A program made the position numbers and the translations under genes. From an uncultured Chloroflexia bacterium (GTDB taxonomy: Bacteria; Chloroflexota; Dehalococcoidia; DSTF01; WHTK01), in the NCBI GenBank assembly GCA_963731765.1, contig CAVSWS010000004.1, positions 26,670 through 90,669 of the forward strand: a DNA stretch of 64,000 nt, read 5' to 3'. This document shows, in pieces, positions 42,515 through 51,488 of the stretch. Under the pieces are notes generated by a model that ran no database searches, had not been told where the DNA came from, and was given only the letters and a program-made list of their open reading frames with translations. Every line of letters begins with the position of its first letter. Positions within the stretch are counted from its first letter, which is position 1.

Positions 42515-43665
42515 GCGGTTAGCACCTCGCGCAGGCGCCGGGCGACGATCTCGGCCTCGCCGTCCTGCAGGAAGCCGACGGAGACGTTGACGCGGTCGGC
42601 TTCGATGCGTACCCAGACGCTGGGATCGCCGTCACGCAGCGCTTCGAACACGGCATCGGGCGACTTCGACCCGCTGAGAAGGATGCGCACACCATCGCGT
42701 GTGGTGGCAGACGGCGTTTCGACGTCGGAGATGCGGAACGCCTTGATGCCTTCGATGCCGCGGAGGGCGCCCAGGATAGTCTCGCTGTCGGCGGCGTAGC
42801 GAGAGAGCCGGCCTTCGTGGTCCATGGCGAGCCATTCGCGCAGAGCGACCACGCAGGCGAAGATCTCCTGGCGGTCGACTTTCATGGCGCGGCCGATGGT
42901 GTAGGTGCCGCTGGTCTCGAAGCCGACGAAGCCGTTGATCGCTGCGACCTCGACGAGGTCCTTGCGCCCGACGATCAGTCCTGTGGAATGGGGGCCGTCG
43001 AAGTACTTGGCGGCGTAGCAGACGAGGTCGGCGCCGGCGCGGGCGAATCGGCGCAGGTTGTCGATGGGGTAGGTGAGGCCGGCGGCGTCGACGATGACGG
43101 GCTTGCCGGCTGCGTGCGCCGTTTCGACCACGGCTTCGATGCTCGGCGTGCCGGGCGAGACGCTCTGGGCGAAGTAGTGCACGGCCGCCGTTTCGGGGCT
43201 GATGGCCGCGGCGAGCTGCTGTGTGGTCAGGCCGTTGGCGTCACCGACCTCCACGATGCGAGCGCCGGGGAAGCGCAGGCACTGGTCGTACTTCTGGCGG
43301 CTGTTCTGCTGCACCAGCACCCGGTTCGGGATGCCCTCGGTGTCGGGCAGGCGTTCCAGGTAATCGCGGTGGTCGTGGGTAAGGCAGGCGGCCATCGAGA
43401 GCGAGAGGGCGGAAGCAGCGCCGGCCGTGATGTAGGCGGCTTCGGCGTCGAGCATCTCGGCGATGAGGCGGCCGCTGCTTTCGAGCAGGCTCTTCATGTC
43501 CGCGTAGGAGTGGTTGGCCAGCTCCATGGCCTCGCGTACGCCGGGGGAGAGGCGCGAGCCGCCGAGGATGGTCAGGGCGCCTGCCGCGTTGATCACAGGC
43601 CGGGCGCCGAGCGAGGCGTACAGCGCGTCGGAGTCGACGAGGCCGGCGTCTTCGGTTTCGAGCAT
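42511..43665 (-). CDS. SelA-like PLP-dependent enzyme (DgaE/selA_rel type)
   Basis: RPVINAAG.LT.LGGS, VIVDAAG, GADLVCYAAKYFDGP, IGRAMKV; 384 aa; start 7 nt after TACAAT. Confidence 0.82.
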   Translation of the reverse strand: MLETEDAGLVDSDALYASLGARPVINAAGALTILGGSRLSPGVREAMELANHSYADMKSLLESSGRLIAEMLDAEAAYITAGAASALSLSMAACLTHDHRDYLERLPDTEGIPNRVLVQQNSRQKYDQCLRFPGARIVEVGDANGLTTQQLAAAISPETAAVHYFAQSVSPGTPSIEAVVETAHAAGKPVIVDAAGLTYPIDNLRRFARAGADLVCYAAKYFDGPHSTGLIVGRKDLVEVAAINGFVGFETSGTYTIGRAMKVDRQEIFACVVALREWLAMDHEGRLSRYAADSETILGALRGIEGIKAFRISDVETPSATTRDGVRILLSGSKSPDAVFEALRDGDPSVWVRIEADRVNVSVGFLQDGEAEIVARRLREVLTA

Positions 43666-43922
43666 CGGTCTGATTGTAGTGGGTCGGGGGGCTTCGCGCA
43701 GATAACAGGGGCAGACAACAGCAGGCGGTTCGAGGCGACCGAGGCGGGCAAACACTGCTGGATGAATCCTGCAGCTTGCGTTTAGTGTCCAGTCGGTCGT
43801 AGCTGCGGGTTTCAACCCGCAGTGTCGTAAACAGCTCAGGGTTTCGGCGGGCAATGAGTCTTTTGGGTCAGGTCGAACGGTTCGTGCAGTCCGCACCGTG
43901 CACTCTGTACTCTGTAAGAGAC

Positions 43923-45128
43923 ATGGCTGACTTCAACCCCTTCGACCCACGTCTGCGCACCGACCCGTACGAGGTCTATCGCGAGCTGCGCGAGGAGGCG
44001 CCGGTGTTCTGGAGCCAGATGATGCACGTGTGGGTACTGACCCGCTACGACGACATCTTCGAGGCGCTGAAGGACCACAGGCGCTACTCCTCCGAGCGAA
44101 CGCGGTCGACGAACCCGCTGGTGCAGCAGCTGGAGAACTACCGCATGAGCTCGGGGCCGCTGGGCACGACGCCGACGATGCTGAGCATCGACCCGCCCGA
44201 CCACACCCGCATGCGCAGCCTGGTGAGCAAGGCGTTCACGCCGCGACAGGTCGAGCGCGTGCGGCCGCACATGCAGGAGATCGCCGAGGAGCTGCTGGAC
44301 GCGCTGCCGGAGCCGGGTCGCATGGACGTCATGGCAGACTTCGCGGTGCCTTTCCCGATCATCGTCATCGCCGAGATGCTGGGCGTGCCGGCGGGAGACC
44401 GAGCGCAGTTCAAGGCATGGTCGACCGACATTGCGGCGACGCTGGGCGGTCCGTTCCAGCCGCAGGAGGTGCTCGAACGCTCCGTGCGGGCTTCGAACGA
44501 GCTGGCGGATTACTTCCGGGGTCAGATCGCCCAGCGGCGAGCCGAGCCGCGCGACGACCTGCTCAGCGCCCTCTGCGCCGTCGAGGAGCAGGGCGACCTG
44601 CTGAGTGAGGACGAGCTAATCGCCACCTGCATTCTGCTGCTGGTGGCGGGCAACGAGACGACGACGAACCTGATCGGCTCCGGCATGCTGACGCTGCTGA
44701 AGAACCCGGACGAGCGTCGCAGGCTGCAGGCCGACCTCTCGCTGATGCCGAGCGCCATCGAGGAGATGCTGCGCTACGAGCCGCCCGCCCAGATGACCTC
44801 GCGCATCGCCGTCGAGGAGATCGAGCTGCGCGGCAGTCACTTCGAGCCGGGGCAGGTGGTGTTGACGGCGCTGGCGGCGGCGAACCGCGACCCGGAGGTC
44901 TTCCCGGACCCGGACCGCTTCGACATCACGCGCCAGCCGAACCGGCACCTGGCGTTCGGGCACGGTATCCACTACTGCCTCGGTGCGCCGCTGGCCGTGG
45001 TCGAGGCACGCATCGGCTTCGAATCGCTGCTGCGCCGCATGCCGGAGCCGGAAGCCGCCTTCGAGGCGCCGGCATGGGGTCAGTCGTTCGTGCTGCGGGG
45101 GCTGAAGTCGCTGCCTGTGACGTACTGA
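43923..45128 (+). CDS. Cytochrome P450
   Basis: DPPDHTRMR, I-helix VAGNETT, EEMLR, heme motif FGHGIHYCLG. Confidence 0.97.
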   Translation: MADFNPFDPRLRTDPYEVYRELREEAPVFWSQMMHVWVLTRYDDIFEALKDHRRYSSERTRSTNPLVQQLENYRMSSGPLGTTPTMLSIDPPDHTRMRSLVSKAFTPRQVERVRPHMQEIAEELLDALPEPGRMDVMADFAVPFPIIVIAEMLGVPAGDRAQFKAWSTDIAATLGGPFQPQEVLERSVRASNELADYFRGQIAQRRAEPRDDLLSALCAVEEQGDLLSEDELIATCILLLVAGNETTTNLIGSGMLTLLKNPDERRRLQADLSLMPSAIEEMLRYEPPAQMTSRIAVEEIELRGSHFEPGQVVLTALAAANRDPEVFPDPDRFDITRQPNRHLAFGHGIHYCLGAPLAVVEARIGFESLLRRMPEPEAAFEAPAWGQSFVLRGLKSLPVTY

Positions 45129-45185
45129 GGTTCTAGCAACCCAGCCCACGAGCAAACAAAGATCGGGCTAAGAACCAGAGCGCCC

Positions 45186-45908
45186 TTAGAGCTTCGGACC
45201 GCCAGGCCTTCGTGACAGCTCCGCGAGGTGCTCCCAGTCGTGCTCCAGGATGCGGCGGAGGCCCTTGCGTAGCGTGCGCAGGTCGTTGGGGCGTTGGACG
45301 ACAACGCTTCGTTGCTCTGCGGTGGCTGCGTGCAGCCGTTCGGCCACGATGGCGGTCGATCGCCGGAGAGCCTCCGCGATGGGGAGCTGACCGCGCTCTG
45401 CCTGCGTGTGAAGGCTGGAAATGCCGGAGATGGTGCCGAGCACGGGCGAGAGGAAACCGCCTGTTGGCCCGAGGACGTGCAGCAGGATGGTCGTTGCACT
45501 GCGACTGCTGCCCGGCACCATCGCATCGAGAATGGCGGCATCGGCGGCTTCGGCCCAGACAGCGATCTCCTCGCGCAGGCAGGTCATGCGACTCGTAAGC
45601 ACGCCCAGCTCAGCCTCCGAGACGGGCTCGTAGTCCGGCGTGAATATGAGGTACGGGGAGCCGTTGCCCAGCCAGTCGCCCTGTGTGATGTGCTCCTCGA
45701 CATGCGTCGTGAAAGGCGCGTCAGGATCGACGCCTTCGCCGCAGCGCCGGAGGAACCGCAGGTACGCCGCGATGGCCTCGGGCGCGTTCTCGATCGCCTC
45801 TTCCGTAGTGGGGCCGACCGCGACGCAGCCCAGCAGGTCGAGGGCGTGCACCATCGTCTTGCGACGCTTCGGGCCCGACTCGAGATAGAGGGCGTAATCG
45901 GTGGTCAC
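45186..45908 (-). CDS. HicB-like N-terminal domain fused to DinB-like C-terminal domain
   Basis: LDLLGCVAVGPTTEEAIENAPEAIAAY; ILLHVL ... ILEHDWEHLAEL. Confidence 0.65.
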   Translation of the reverse strand: MTTDYALYLESGPKRRKTMVHALDLLGCVAVGPTTEEAIENAPEAIAAYLRFLRRCGEGVDPDAPFTTHVEEHITQGDWLGNGSPYLIFTPDYEPVSEAELGVLTSRMTCLREEIAVWAEAADAAILDAMVPGSSRSATTILLHVLGPTGGFLSPVLGTISGISSLHTQAERGQLPIAEALRRSTAIVAERLHAATAEQRSVVVQRPNDLRTLRKGLRRILEHDWEHLAELSRRPGGPKL

Positions 45909-45928
45909 GTTGCGCTTCTTCGGTTGTG

Positions 45929-46351
45929 TCAGCTCGCCCAGGGACCGACGCCGCCGAAGCGGGTCGGCGTGATGTGAGTGATAAAACCGGGGGGCATCGG
46001 GTTGTCGCCGGGCGGGAACTTGCCCACGTCCGGGCCGAGGTAGAGGTAGGCAAGCTGCTGCAGGAGCTCGGCCGCGCCGCCTTCCGTGATGCGCGCGGTG
46101 CCGTGCACGACGAGGTACTCCTGCAGGCCGGCGGCGTTCACGTTCTCGGTCTCGATCGAGAGGCTGACGTTCGGGTTGCGGCGGATGTTCTTGATCTTCT
46201 GGTACTCGCCGAAGCTGGCGACGACGATCTCGTCACCATCGAGGCCGCCCCAGACCAGGCTGACCTGCGGCGTGCCGTCCCGATTGAGGGTGACGAGGTG
46301 CACGAGCCGGGGTGACTCGATGACTTTGCGGGCGGACTCGGGAATCTCCAT
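45929..46351 (-). CDS. PPOX-class F420-dependent oxidoreductase
   Basis: LVTLNRDGTPQVSLVW, KIKNIRRNPNVSL, YLVVHGTARI. Confidence 0.88.
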   Translation of the reverse strand: MEIPESARKVIESPRLVHLVTLNRDGTPQVSLVWGGLDGDEIVVASFGEYQKIKNIRRNPNVSLSIETENVNAAGLQEYLVVHGTARITEGGAAELLQQLAYLYLGPDVGKFPPGDNPMPPGFITHITPTRFGGVGPWAS

Positions 46352-46379
46352 CGATGCTCCTCCGATGTGAATCTGTAGC

Positions 46380-47027
46380 TCAGGTTGCCCAGTCTAGGCC
46401 ATCGCCGTCGTGCAGCTCCTGCCAGCAGCGGGTGATGGTGCTGCGGGCGATGCCGTAGCCGAAGCCGCGGCTGGCCAGAAAGCTGCCGAGCCGGCGCTCG
46501 AAGGTCTGCTTGTCGGCGTCTCGCAGGGCTCGGAGACGGCGCTGGGCGGCCTCGTAGGCGGACTCGGCGTCCGAGTGCTCTTCCAGGGCCGTTTCGACGT
46601 GCTGCTTGTCGATGCCCTTGCGGGAAAGCTCGAAGGCCAGGGCGCGCTTCGAGCGGGGCGATGCCTGACGGGCTTCCACGTAGTAGCGCGCGAAGCTGGC
46701 ATCGTTCAGGTAGCCGAGCTCCTTCATGCGCCGAACAGCGTGCTCGGTGGCCTCGGATGTGAAGCCGCGGCGCCCCTTGAGGCGGTCGCGCAGGTCGTGT
46801 TCGCTGCGGGGCCCCATGGCCAGCAGCTTGAGCGCCGCCTCGACCGCACCGAGTCGCTGGTCCTCCGCCTCCAGTTCCCTCCTGCGTTTCGGCTCCACCT
46901 CAAGCCCAACCTCGAGGCGGGCGAGAGTGATGACATCGAGGCGCAGGCTGAAGGCGTACTCACCGTCCAGGAAGACGTTGGCGCGAGGGCGCCTCGGTTG
47001 CTTCTCGAGGGCGGTGATCGTGGGCAT
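46380..47027 (-). CDS. recX: Regulatory protein RecX
   Basis: ITALEKQ...ANVFLDGEYAF; RSEHDLRDRL; GYLNDASFA; LASRGFGY; directly downstream of recA. Confidence 0.92.
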   Translation of the reverse strand: MPTITALEKQPRRPRANVFLDGEYAFSLRLDVITLARLEVGLEVEPKRRRELEAEDQRLGAVEAALKLLAMGPRSEHDLRDRLKGRRGFTSEATEHAVRRMKELGYLNDASFARYYVEARQASPRSKRALAFELSRKGIDKQHVETALEEHSDAESAYEAAQRRLRALRDADKQTFERRLGSFLASRGFGYGIARSTITRCWQELHDGDGLDWAT

Positions 47028-47073
47028 CAGGAGGCTGGCTCCGTTGCAAACGAGTCGAACGCGCCCTTAACCA

Positions 47074-47103
47074 CCGCTCGTCCTGAGGCTCTCGAAGGAC
47101 GAG
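47074..47103. repeat. CTGAG..TCGAAG-family repeat between recA and recX
   Basis: CCGCTCGTCCTGAGGCTCTCGAAGGACGAG. Confidence 0.8.
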
Positions 47104-47159
47104 GCTCGACCTTGCTCTGGAGTGACTCGACCAGACGTCATGCGAGAGATCGGGGTCCT

Positions 47160-48239
47160 TTACTCGTCTTCCGGCTCTTCGTCGTCCTCTTCTTCGACCA
47201 CCTTGACCTTGGGCTTTGAGCCGGGGGTGATGGCGGCGGCCTTGGCGGCGGCACGAATCTCCAGCTCGATCTGGGTGGCCAGCTCCGGGTTCTCGATGAG
47301 GAAGTCGCGAGCCTTTTCGCGGCCCTGGCCCAGGCGCTGATCGCCGTAGCTGTAGAAGGCGCCCAGCTTCTTGAGGATTTCGTACTCGACACCGAGGTCG
47401 AGGATGTCGCCTTCGCGGCTGATGCCGGTGGTCTTGCCGGTGAAGAGGAGGTCGAACTCGGCCTGGCGGAAGGGCGCGGCGACCTTGTTCTTGACGACGC
47501 GGGTGCGTACGCGGTTGCCGACCACCTGCTGGCCCTGCTTGAGGGATTCAATGCGGCGGATGTCGATGCGTACGGAGCTGTAGAACTTGAGCGCGCGGCC
47601 GCCGGGGGTGGTCTCAGGGTTGCCGAAGACGACGCCGATCTTCTCGCGTAGCTGGTTGACGAAGATCACGGCCGTGCGCGACTTGGAGATGGAGCCGGTG
47701 AGCTTGCGCAGGGCCTGCGACATCAGGCGCGCCTGCAGGCCGGGCAGTGAGTCGCCCATGTCGCCTTCGATTTCAGCGCGCGGCACCAGGGCGGCGACGC
47801 TGTCGACCACGACGACGTCCACGGCGTTGGAGCGCACGAGGGCTTCGGCGATCTCGAGGGCCTGCTCGCCCGTGTCGGGCTGAGAGACCAGCATGTCGTC
47901 AACGTTGACGCCGATCGCGCGCGCGAATGCCGGGTCCAGGGCGTGCTCGACGTCGATGTAAGCGGCGAGCCCGCCGAGCTTCTGAGCTTCGGCGATGATG
48001 TGCTGACAGAGGGTCGACTTGCCGGAGGACTCGGGGCCGAAGAGCTCGGTGATGCGGCCGCGTGGCACGCCGCCGATACCGAGAGCGAGGTCCAGGGAGA
48101 GCGAGCCGGTAGGGATGGCCTCGATTTCGAGGTTCTTCTGGTCGCCCATGCGCATGATGGCGCCGCGGCCAAACTGCTTTTCGATTTGCCCGATGGCGAG
48201 GTCGACTGCGCGAGTGCGGTCTTCAGTCATTGTGGTCAT
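47160..48239 (-). CDS. recA: Recombinase RecA
   Basis: [48 protein letters not shown]. Confidence 0.99.
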   Translation of the reverse strand: MTTMTEDRTRAVDLAIGQIEKQFGRGAIMRMGDQKNLEIEAIPTGSLSLDLALGIGGVPRGRITELFGPESSGKSTLCQHIIAEAQKLGGLAAYIDVEHALDPAFARAIGVNVDDMLVSQPDTGEQALEIAEALVRSNAVDVVVVDSVAALVPRAEIEGDMGDSLPGLQARLMSQALRKLTGSISKSRTAVIFVNQLREKIGVVFGNPETTPGGRALKFYSSVRIDIRRIESLKQGQQVVGNRVRTRVVKNKVAAPFRQAEFDLLFTGKTTGISREGDILDLGVEYEILKKLGAFYSYGDQRLGQGREKARDFLIENPELATQIELEIRAAAKAAAITPGSKPKVKVVEEEDDEEPEDE

Positions 48240-48366
48240 CAGTATCTCCGTTCCGTATGAGCCCGTCGAGTGGGCCGGATGCTGGGAGCTGCCCTCGCCA
48301 TCAGCCGTATAGTGTTAGCCAGGCTCAGCAATTGTTCGAGGCGAACTCGTTGTTGAGCACAGTCGC

Positions 48367-48394
48367 AGTTTAGAACGCATGTACGATCTGTCAA
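48367..48394 (-). promoter_or_regulatory. recA promoter with LexA box in the spacer
   Basis: TTGACA-N16-TAAACT; GAAC-GCAT-GTAC at 48373-48384. Confidence 0.8.
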
Positions 48395-48410
48395 GTCCCT
48401 GGTTTGCGCG

Positions 48411-48674
48411 ATGGATTCCTGCCTGATCCGCGTACGGGTGACGCCGCGCTCCGGTCGCGACGAAGTGATCGGCTGGCAGGACGGCGAGCTGCGGGTGCGC
48501 GTGCGTGCGGCGCCGGTGGAGGGGCAAGCCAACGAAGCGCTGTGCCGCCTGATCGCGAAGCAGGCCGGCGTGCCATATTCAGCCGTCGAGGTCGTCAGCG
48601 GCGGGACAGCTCGCGTGAAGACGCTGCGGGTCTCGGGGATAAGTGAGGCTGAGGTGCGGTCGAGACTGGGGTAA
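48411..48674 (+). CDS. yggU: DUF167/YggU family protein
   Basis: RVRVTPRSGRDEV...VRVRAAPVEGQANEAL...GGTARVKTL. Confidence 0.9.
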   Translation: MDSCLIRVRVTPRSGRDEVIGWQDGELRVRVRAAPVEGQANEALCRLIAKQAGVPYSAVEVVSGGTARVKTLRVSGISEAEVRSRLG

Positions 48675-48681
48675 GCGCTTC

Positions 48682-48792
48682 GCCGGCTCTGATGAGATCA
48701 GGGCGCCGAAACCCCGGTGGGTAGCCCTTGGTTCAACAGCCGTAGCTGCAGGTTGGAACCCGCGGTGTCCTGGCGCCCGTGGTAGAGCTGGT
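48682..48792. ncRNA. Candidate structured RNA of unknown family
   Basis: Nested pairings GCCGGCTCT/AGAGCTGGT, GGGCGCC/GGCGCCC, GGTTC/GAACC, CAGC/GCTG, found by eye. Confidence 0.35.
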
Positions 48793-49040
48793 CAGGCGTT
48801 GGCGGCGATGATGCGGGCGAGGACGTTAAGCAGCAGGATGGCGAGCATGGGCGAAAAGTCGAACATCATGCGCGGCATGAGGCTGCGGATGGGGGCGAGG
48901 ATGGGCTCCGTGACCGTGATGAGGAACTCGGCGATCGGCCCTCGCGGATCGATGATGCCGGGGACCCAGGAGATGATCGCCCGGATGAAGATGAGGATGG
49001 AGAGGACGGTGAGGGTAGTCGAGGCGATCTCGGCGATCAT
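48792..49040 (-). CDS. yggT: YggT family membrane protein
   Basis: IFIRAIISW...TEPILAPIRSLMP...DFSPMLAILLL. Confidence 0.92.
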   Translation of the reverse strand: MIAEIASTTLTVLSILIFIRAIISWVPGIIDPRGPIAEFLITVTEPILAPIRSLMPRMMFDFSPMLAILLLNVLARIIAANA

Positions 49041-49852
49041 TACTTGCTTTGTTCTCCCAGCGCCCTCGACTTCTCGTAGGCCGCAATGACTGCTTCCAGG
49101 ACGTCGGCGCGCAGATTGCCGTGCTCCAGCGCCTTGAGCCCTTCTGCCGTTGTGCCACCCGGCGAGGTGACCTGGTTGCGTAGTTCGGCCGGGTGCTTAC
49201 CTGTTTTTTCGGCGTAAAGAGCGGAGCCGATAACCGTCTGCAGCGCCATCGTGGCGGCAATGTCGCGCGGAAGCCCGACGTGTACGCCGGCGTCCGTCAG
49301 GGCTTCGATGAAGAGGAAGACGTAGGCGGGGCCGGAGCCGGAGAGGCCCGTGACCATGTCGATGTATTTCTCGTCCGGCACGTAGGCTTCTTTGCCCATG
49401 GCGCCGAAGATTTTGCGGGCGCCTTCGCGGGCAGCGTCGGTGACAGAGGGCGTGGCGGTCCAGCCCGTCATGCCCTGGCCGATCTGGGCCGGCGTGTTCG
49501 GCATGGCGCGCACGATGTTGTCGGACTGCAGCACGCGGCTGAGGCGGGGCATCGTGACGCCCGCCATGATCGAGAGCGCCGTAGTGTTGGCGAGCTTGCC
49601 GGCGATGGGCGCGACGGCCTTTTCAAAGTCCTGAGGCTTGACGGATAGCAGGACGAAATCGGTGTCGCCGACGAGGTCCTCGGTGGTCAGCGCGGCTTCG
49701 ATGCCGTAGGTGTCGACCAGGGACTGCACGCGCGGTGCGGCGATGTCGTAGAGGCGAATGTCCGTCGAACTGGCGACAGGCGAATCGCCGGAGGTGATGG
49801 CGGCGATGATCGCCTCGCCCATGGCACCACCGCCCAGGAAGCCAATCTTCAT
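49040..49852 (-). CDS. proC: Pyrroline-5-carboxylate reductase
   Basis: [34 protein letters not shown]. Confidence 0.97.
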   Translation of the reverse strand: MKIGFLGGGAMGEAIIAAITSGDSPVASSTDIRLYDIAAPRVQSLVDTYGIEAALTTEDLVGDTDFVLLSVKPQDFEKAVAPIAGKLANTTALSIMAGVTMPRLSRVLQSDNIVRAMPNTPAQIGQGMTGWTATPSVTDAAREGARKIFGAMGKEAYVPDEKYIDMVTGLSGSGPAYVFLFIEALTDAGVHVGLPRDIAATMALQTVIGSALYAEKTGKHPAELRNQVTSPGGTTAEGLKALEHGNLRADVLEAVIAAYEKSRALGEQSK

Positions 49853-50526
49853 GTGGGTCTCCCTCCGAAGATGGCGCGGCCGACGCGGATCATCGTGGCG
49901 CCTTCCTCAATCGCGACCTCGAAGTCCTCCGTCATCCCCATCGAGAGCTCTGGCAGCTCGTGCTGCCGGGCGAGCTCGCATAGCTGACGGAAATAGGGCC
50001 GGACTGCTTCCGGGTCGTCCACCTGCGGCGCGATCGTCATGAGGCCGATGAGATCGAGGTTGGGCAGGGGACGGATGGCATCGATCGCTTCCGCGACCTC
50101 GGTGGGCGCGAAGCCAGACTTCGAGGTCTCTCCGGCAATATTAACTTCCAGCAAGATCGGTTTCGGTGCAGCAGCCCGGCGGCTGATCTGCTCTGCCAGG
50201 CGAACGGAATCGACGGTCTGGAGTATATCAAAGCAGTCGAGGGCGTCCCGGACCTTGTTGGTCTGGAGGTGGCCGATGAGGTGCCAGGTCGCGTCGTGAG
50301 CGGCGGGGCCAAGGGCTTCGATGTGGGCTTCGGCCTCCTGCACGCGGTTCTCTCCGAAGTCGCGCACACCGGCTGCGAGGGCCTGCTGGATCTGGTCGAC
50401 TGTGACGCCCTTGAAGGCCGCGGAGGCGCCGATAAGGCGAATCGATGCCGGATCGCGCCCGGCGCGGCCAGCGGCGGCCTCGATCCGGCTACGTAAGGCG
50501 GCGACGTTCTGGGCGACGGCGTTCAT
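49849..50526 (-). CDS. yggS: PLP homeostasis protein (YggS/PLPBP)
   Basis: [58 protein letters not shown]; note ASAAFK where AVSK is usual. Confidence 0.95.
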   Translation of the reverse strand: MNAVAQNVAALRSRIEAAAGRAGRDPASIRLIGASAAFKGVTVDQIQQALAAGVRDFGENRVQEAEAHIEALGPAAHDATWHLIGHLQTNKVRDALDCFDILQTVDSVRLAEQISRRAAAPKPILLEVNIAGETSKSGFAPTEVAEAIDAIRPLPNLDLIGLMTIAPQVDDPEAVRPYFRQLCELARQHELPELSMGMTEDFEVAIEEGATMIRVGRAIFGGRPT

Positions 50527-50560
50527 GACGTGCCCAGCATAGCGTTTGTGTTCTAACGGG

Positions 50561-50851
50561 TCACCGCGTCCGCGGATCGATGCGATCGCTGTCGTCCGGG
50601 GGCGGCAGGCCATGCTTGCTGCGCTGGTACTCCCATTTCGAGAGAAGGGTGAGGACGGCGATGGTGGCAAGAATGACGGCGAACCCCAGCCACATGCTGG
50701 CGGCAAAGGCGTAGAGCGCGACGATTACGCAGACGACGCCGCCGAGAATGAGCAGCATTGGCACCAGGAGAATGCGCGCGATCATGCGCGAGATTACGAG
50801 AGCCTGCAAACAGCCGTTGGGCTCCTTCGGGGGCGGTATGCGGTGCTGCAT
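50561..50851 (-). CDS. Small two-TM membrane protein (96 aa)
   Basis: Two hydrophobic helices flanked by Pro-rich charged ends. Confidence 0.7.
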   Translation of the reverse strand: MQHRIPPPKEPNGCLQALVISRMIARILLVPMLLILGGVVCVIVALYAFAASMWLGFAVILATIAVLTLLSKWEYQRSKHGLPPPDDSDRIDPRTR

Positions 50852-50886
50852 GTTTCCCGAAGGATAACGCCGGGCGCGCCGTGCTC

Positions 50887-51009
50887 CTAGCGCCGGCGGG
50901 TGCCGCCGCAGATCACGCAGCGGAACCAGCTCTCGCCTCGCACGACAGGGCCGCCACAGTCGGGGCAGCGTGCGCCGTTGGGTCGCTGAATGATGCGTCG
51001 TCGGGTCAT
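50887..51009 (-). CDS. 40-aa zinc-ribbon micro-protein
   Basis: SD GGAGG; MTRRRIIQRPNGARCPDCGGPVVRGESWFRCVICGGTRRR*; below the ORF-track cutoff. Confidence 0.7.
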   Translation of the reverse strand: MTRRRIIQRPNGARCPDCGGPVVRGESWFRCVICGGTRRR

Positions 51010-51031
51010 CTGAGTGCCTCCACGTCCTTAA

Positions 51032-51079
51032 GGACGTTTGTTCTAATGTCAGATTATGTTTGCATTAGAACGGGCGTTC
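51032..51079 (-). promoter_or_regulatory. Two LexA (SOS) boxes upstream of the zinc-ribbon gene
   Basis: GAAC-GGGC-GTTC at 51068-51079 (overlapping TTGACG on the minus strand) and GGAC-GTTT-GTTC at 51032-51043. Confidence 0.72.
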
Positions 51080-51123
51080 GTCAAGCGATCCGGTGAGGAA
51101 TTTAGAACAAAATAGCTAAGAGG

Positions 51124-51240
51124 TTATTCGGCGAGCCAGGCGGAGAAGTCGCGGATGCGGTCGAGCACGCGCTGCAGGCGCTCCGGGTCGGAGATGAAGA
51201 GGACGGACGTGATCAGGACGGCGACAAGAACCTCAGCCAT
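51124..51240 (-). CDS. 38-aa single-TM micro-protein
   Basis: MAEVLVAVLITSVLFISDPERLQRVLDRIRDFSAWLAE*; ATG 6 nt after TAAACT; GC3-rich codons. Confidence 0.6.
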   Translation of the reverse strand: MAEVLVAVLITSVLFISDPERLQRVLDRIRDFSAWLAE

Positions 51241-51302
51241 AAGCGCAGTTTAGCACCAGGCTCAATGCCCGATTCTGCGCGATGCCCTTTATGATGCGGA
51301 CG

Positions 51303-51488
51303 ATGGGCGGTCTGATCCTGCTGATGCTGGCCAGCTTCGTGGTCCTTTTGCCGTTTGTGTGGCTGCGCAAGCCCTGGGCCGTTGCGATCTGGCGCAGGGC
51401 CAAGCTGATCGGCATGCTTTACGCGCTGATCATCCTGCTCTCCGCCATCGTCCGGCTCGCGTTCAACTGGAATGACATCTACGGCTAG
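51303..51488 (+). CDS. Small two-TM protein (61 aa)
   Basis: ATG 7 nt after TATGAT; MGGLILLMLASFVVLLPFVW...LYALIILLSAIVRLAF. Confidence 0.65.
   Translation: MGGLILLMLASFVVLLPFVWLRKPWAVAIWRRAKLIGMLYALIILLSAIVRLAFNWNDIYG

Noticed and set aside
42511-43665. True selenocysteine synthase SelA, tempting given the selenoprotein
   Set aside because: At 384 aa it lacks the SelA N-terminal domain and canonical SGDKLLGGPQ motif; it fits the SelA-like/DgaE group, and no selB or selC is nearby.
48689-48727. Hammerhead ribozyme (CTGATGA...GAAAC...GTA)
   Set aside because: Stem II has only one pair, and stem I cannot form in register with the NUH triplet; kept only as part of the unknown structured-RNA candidate.
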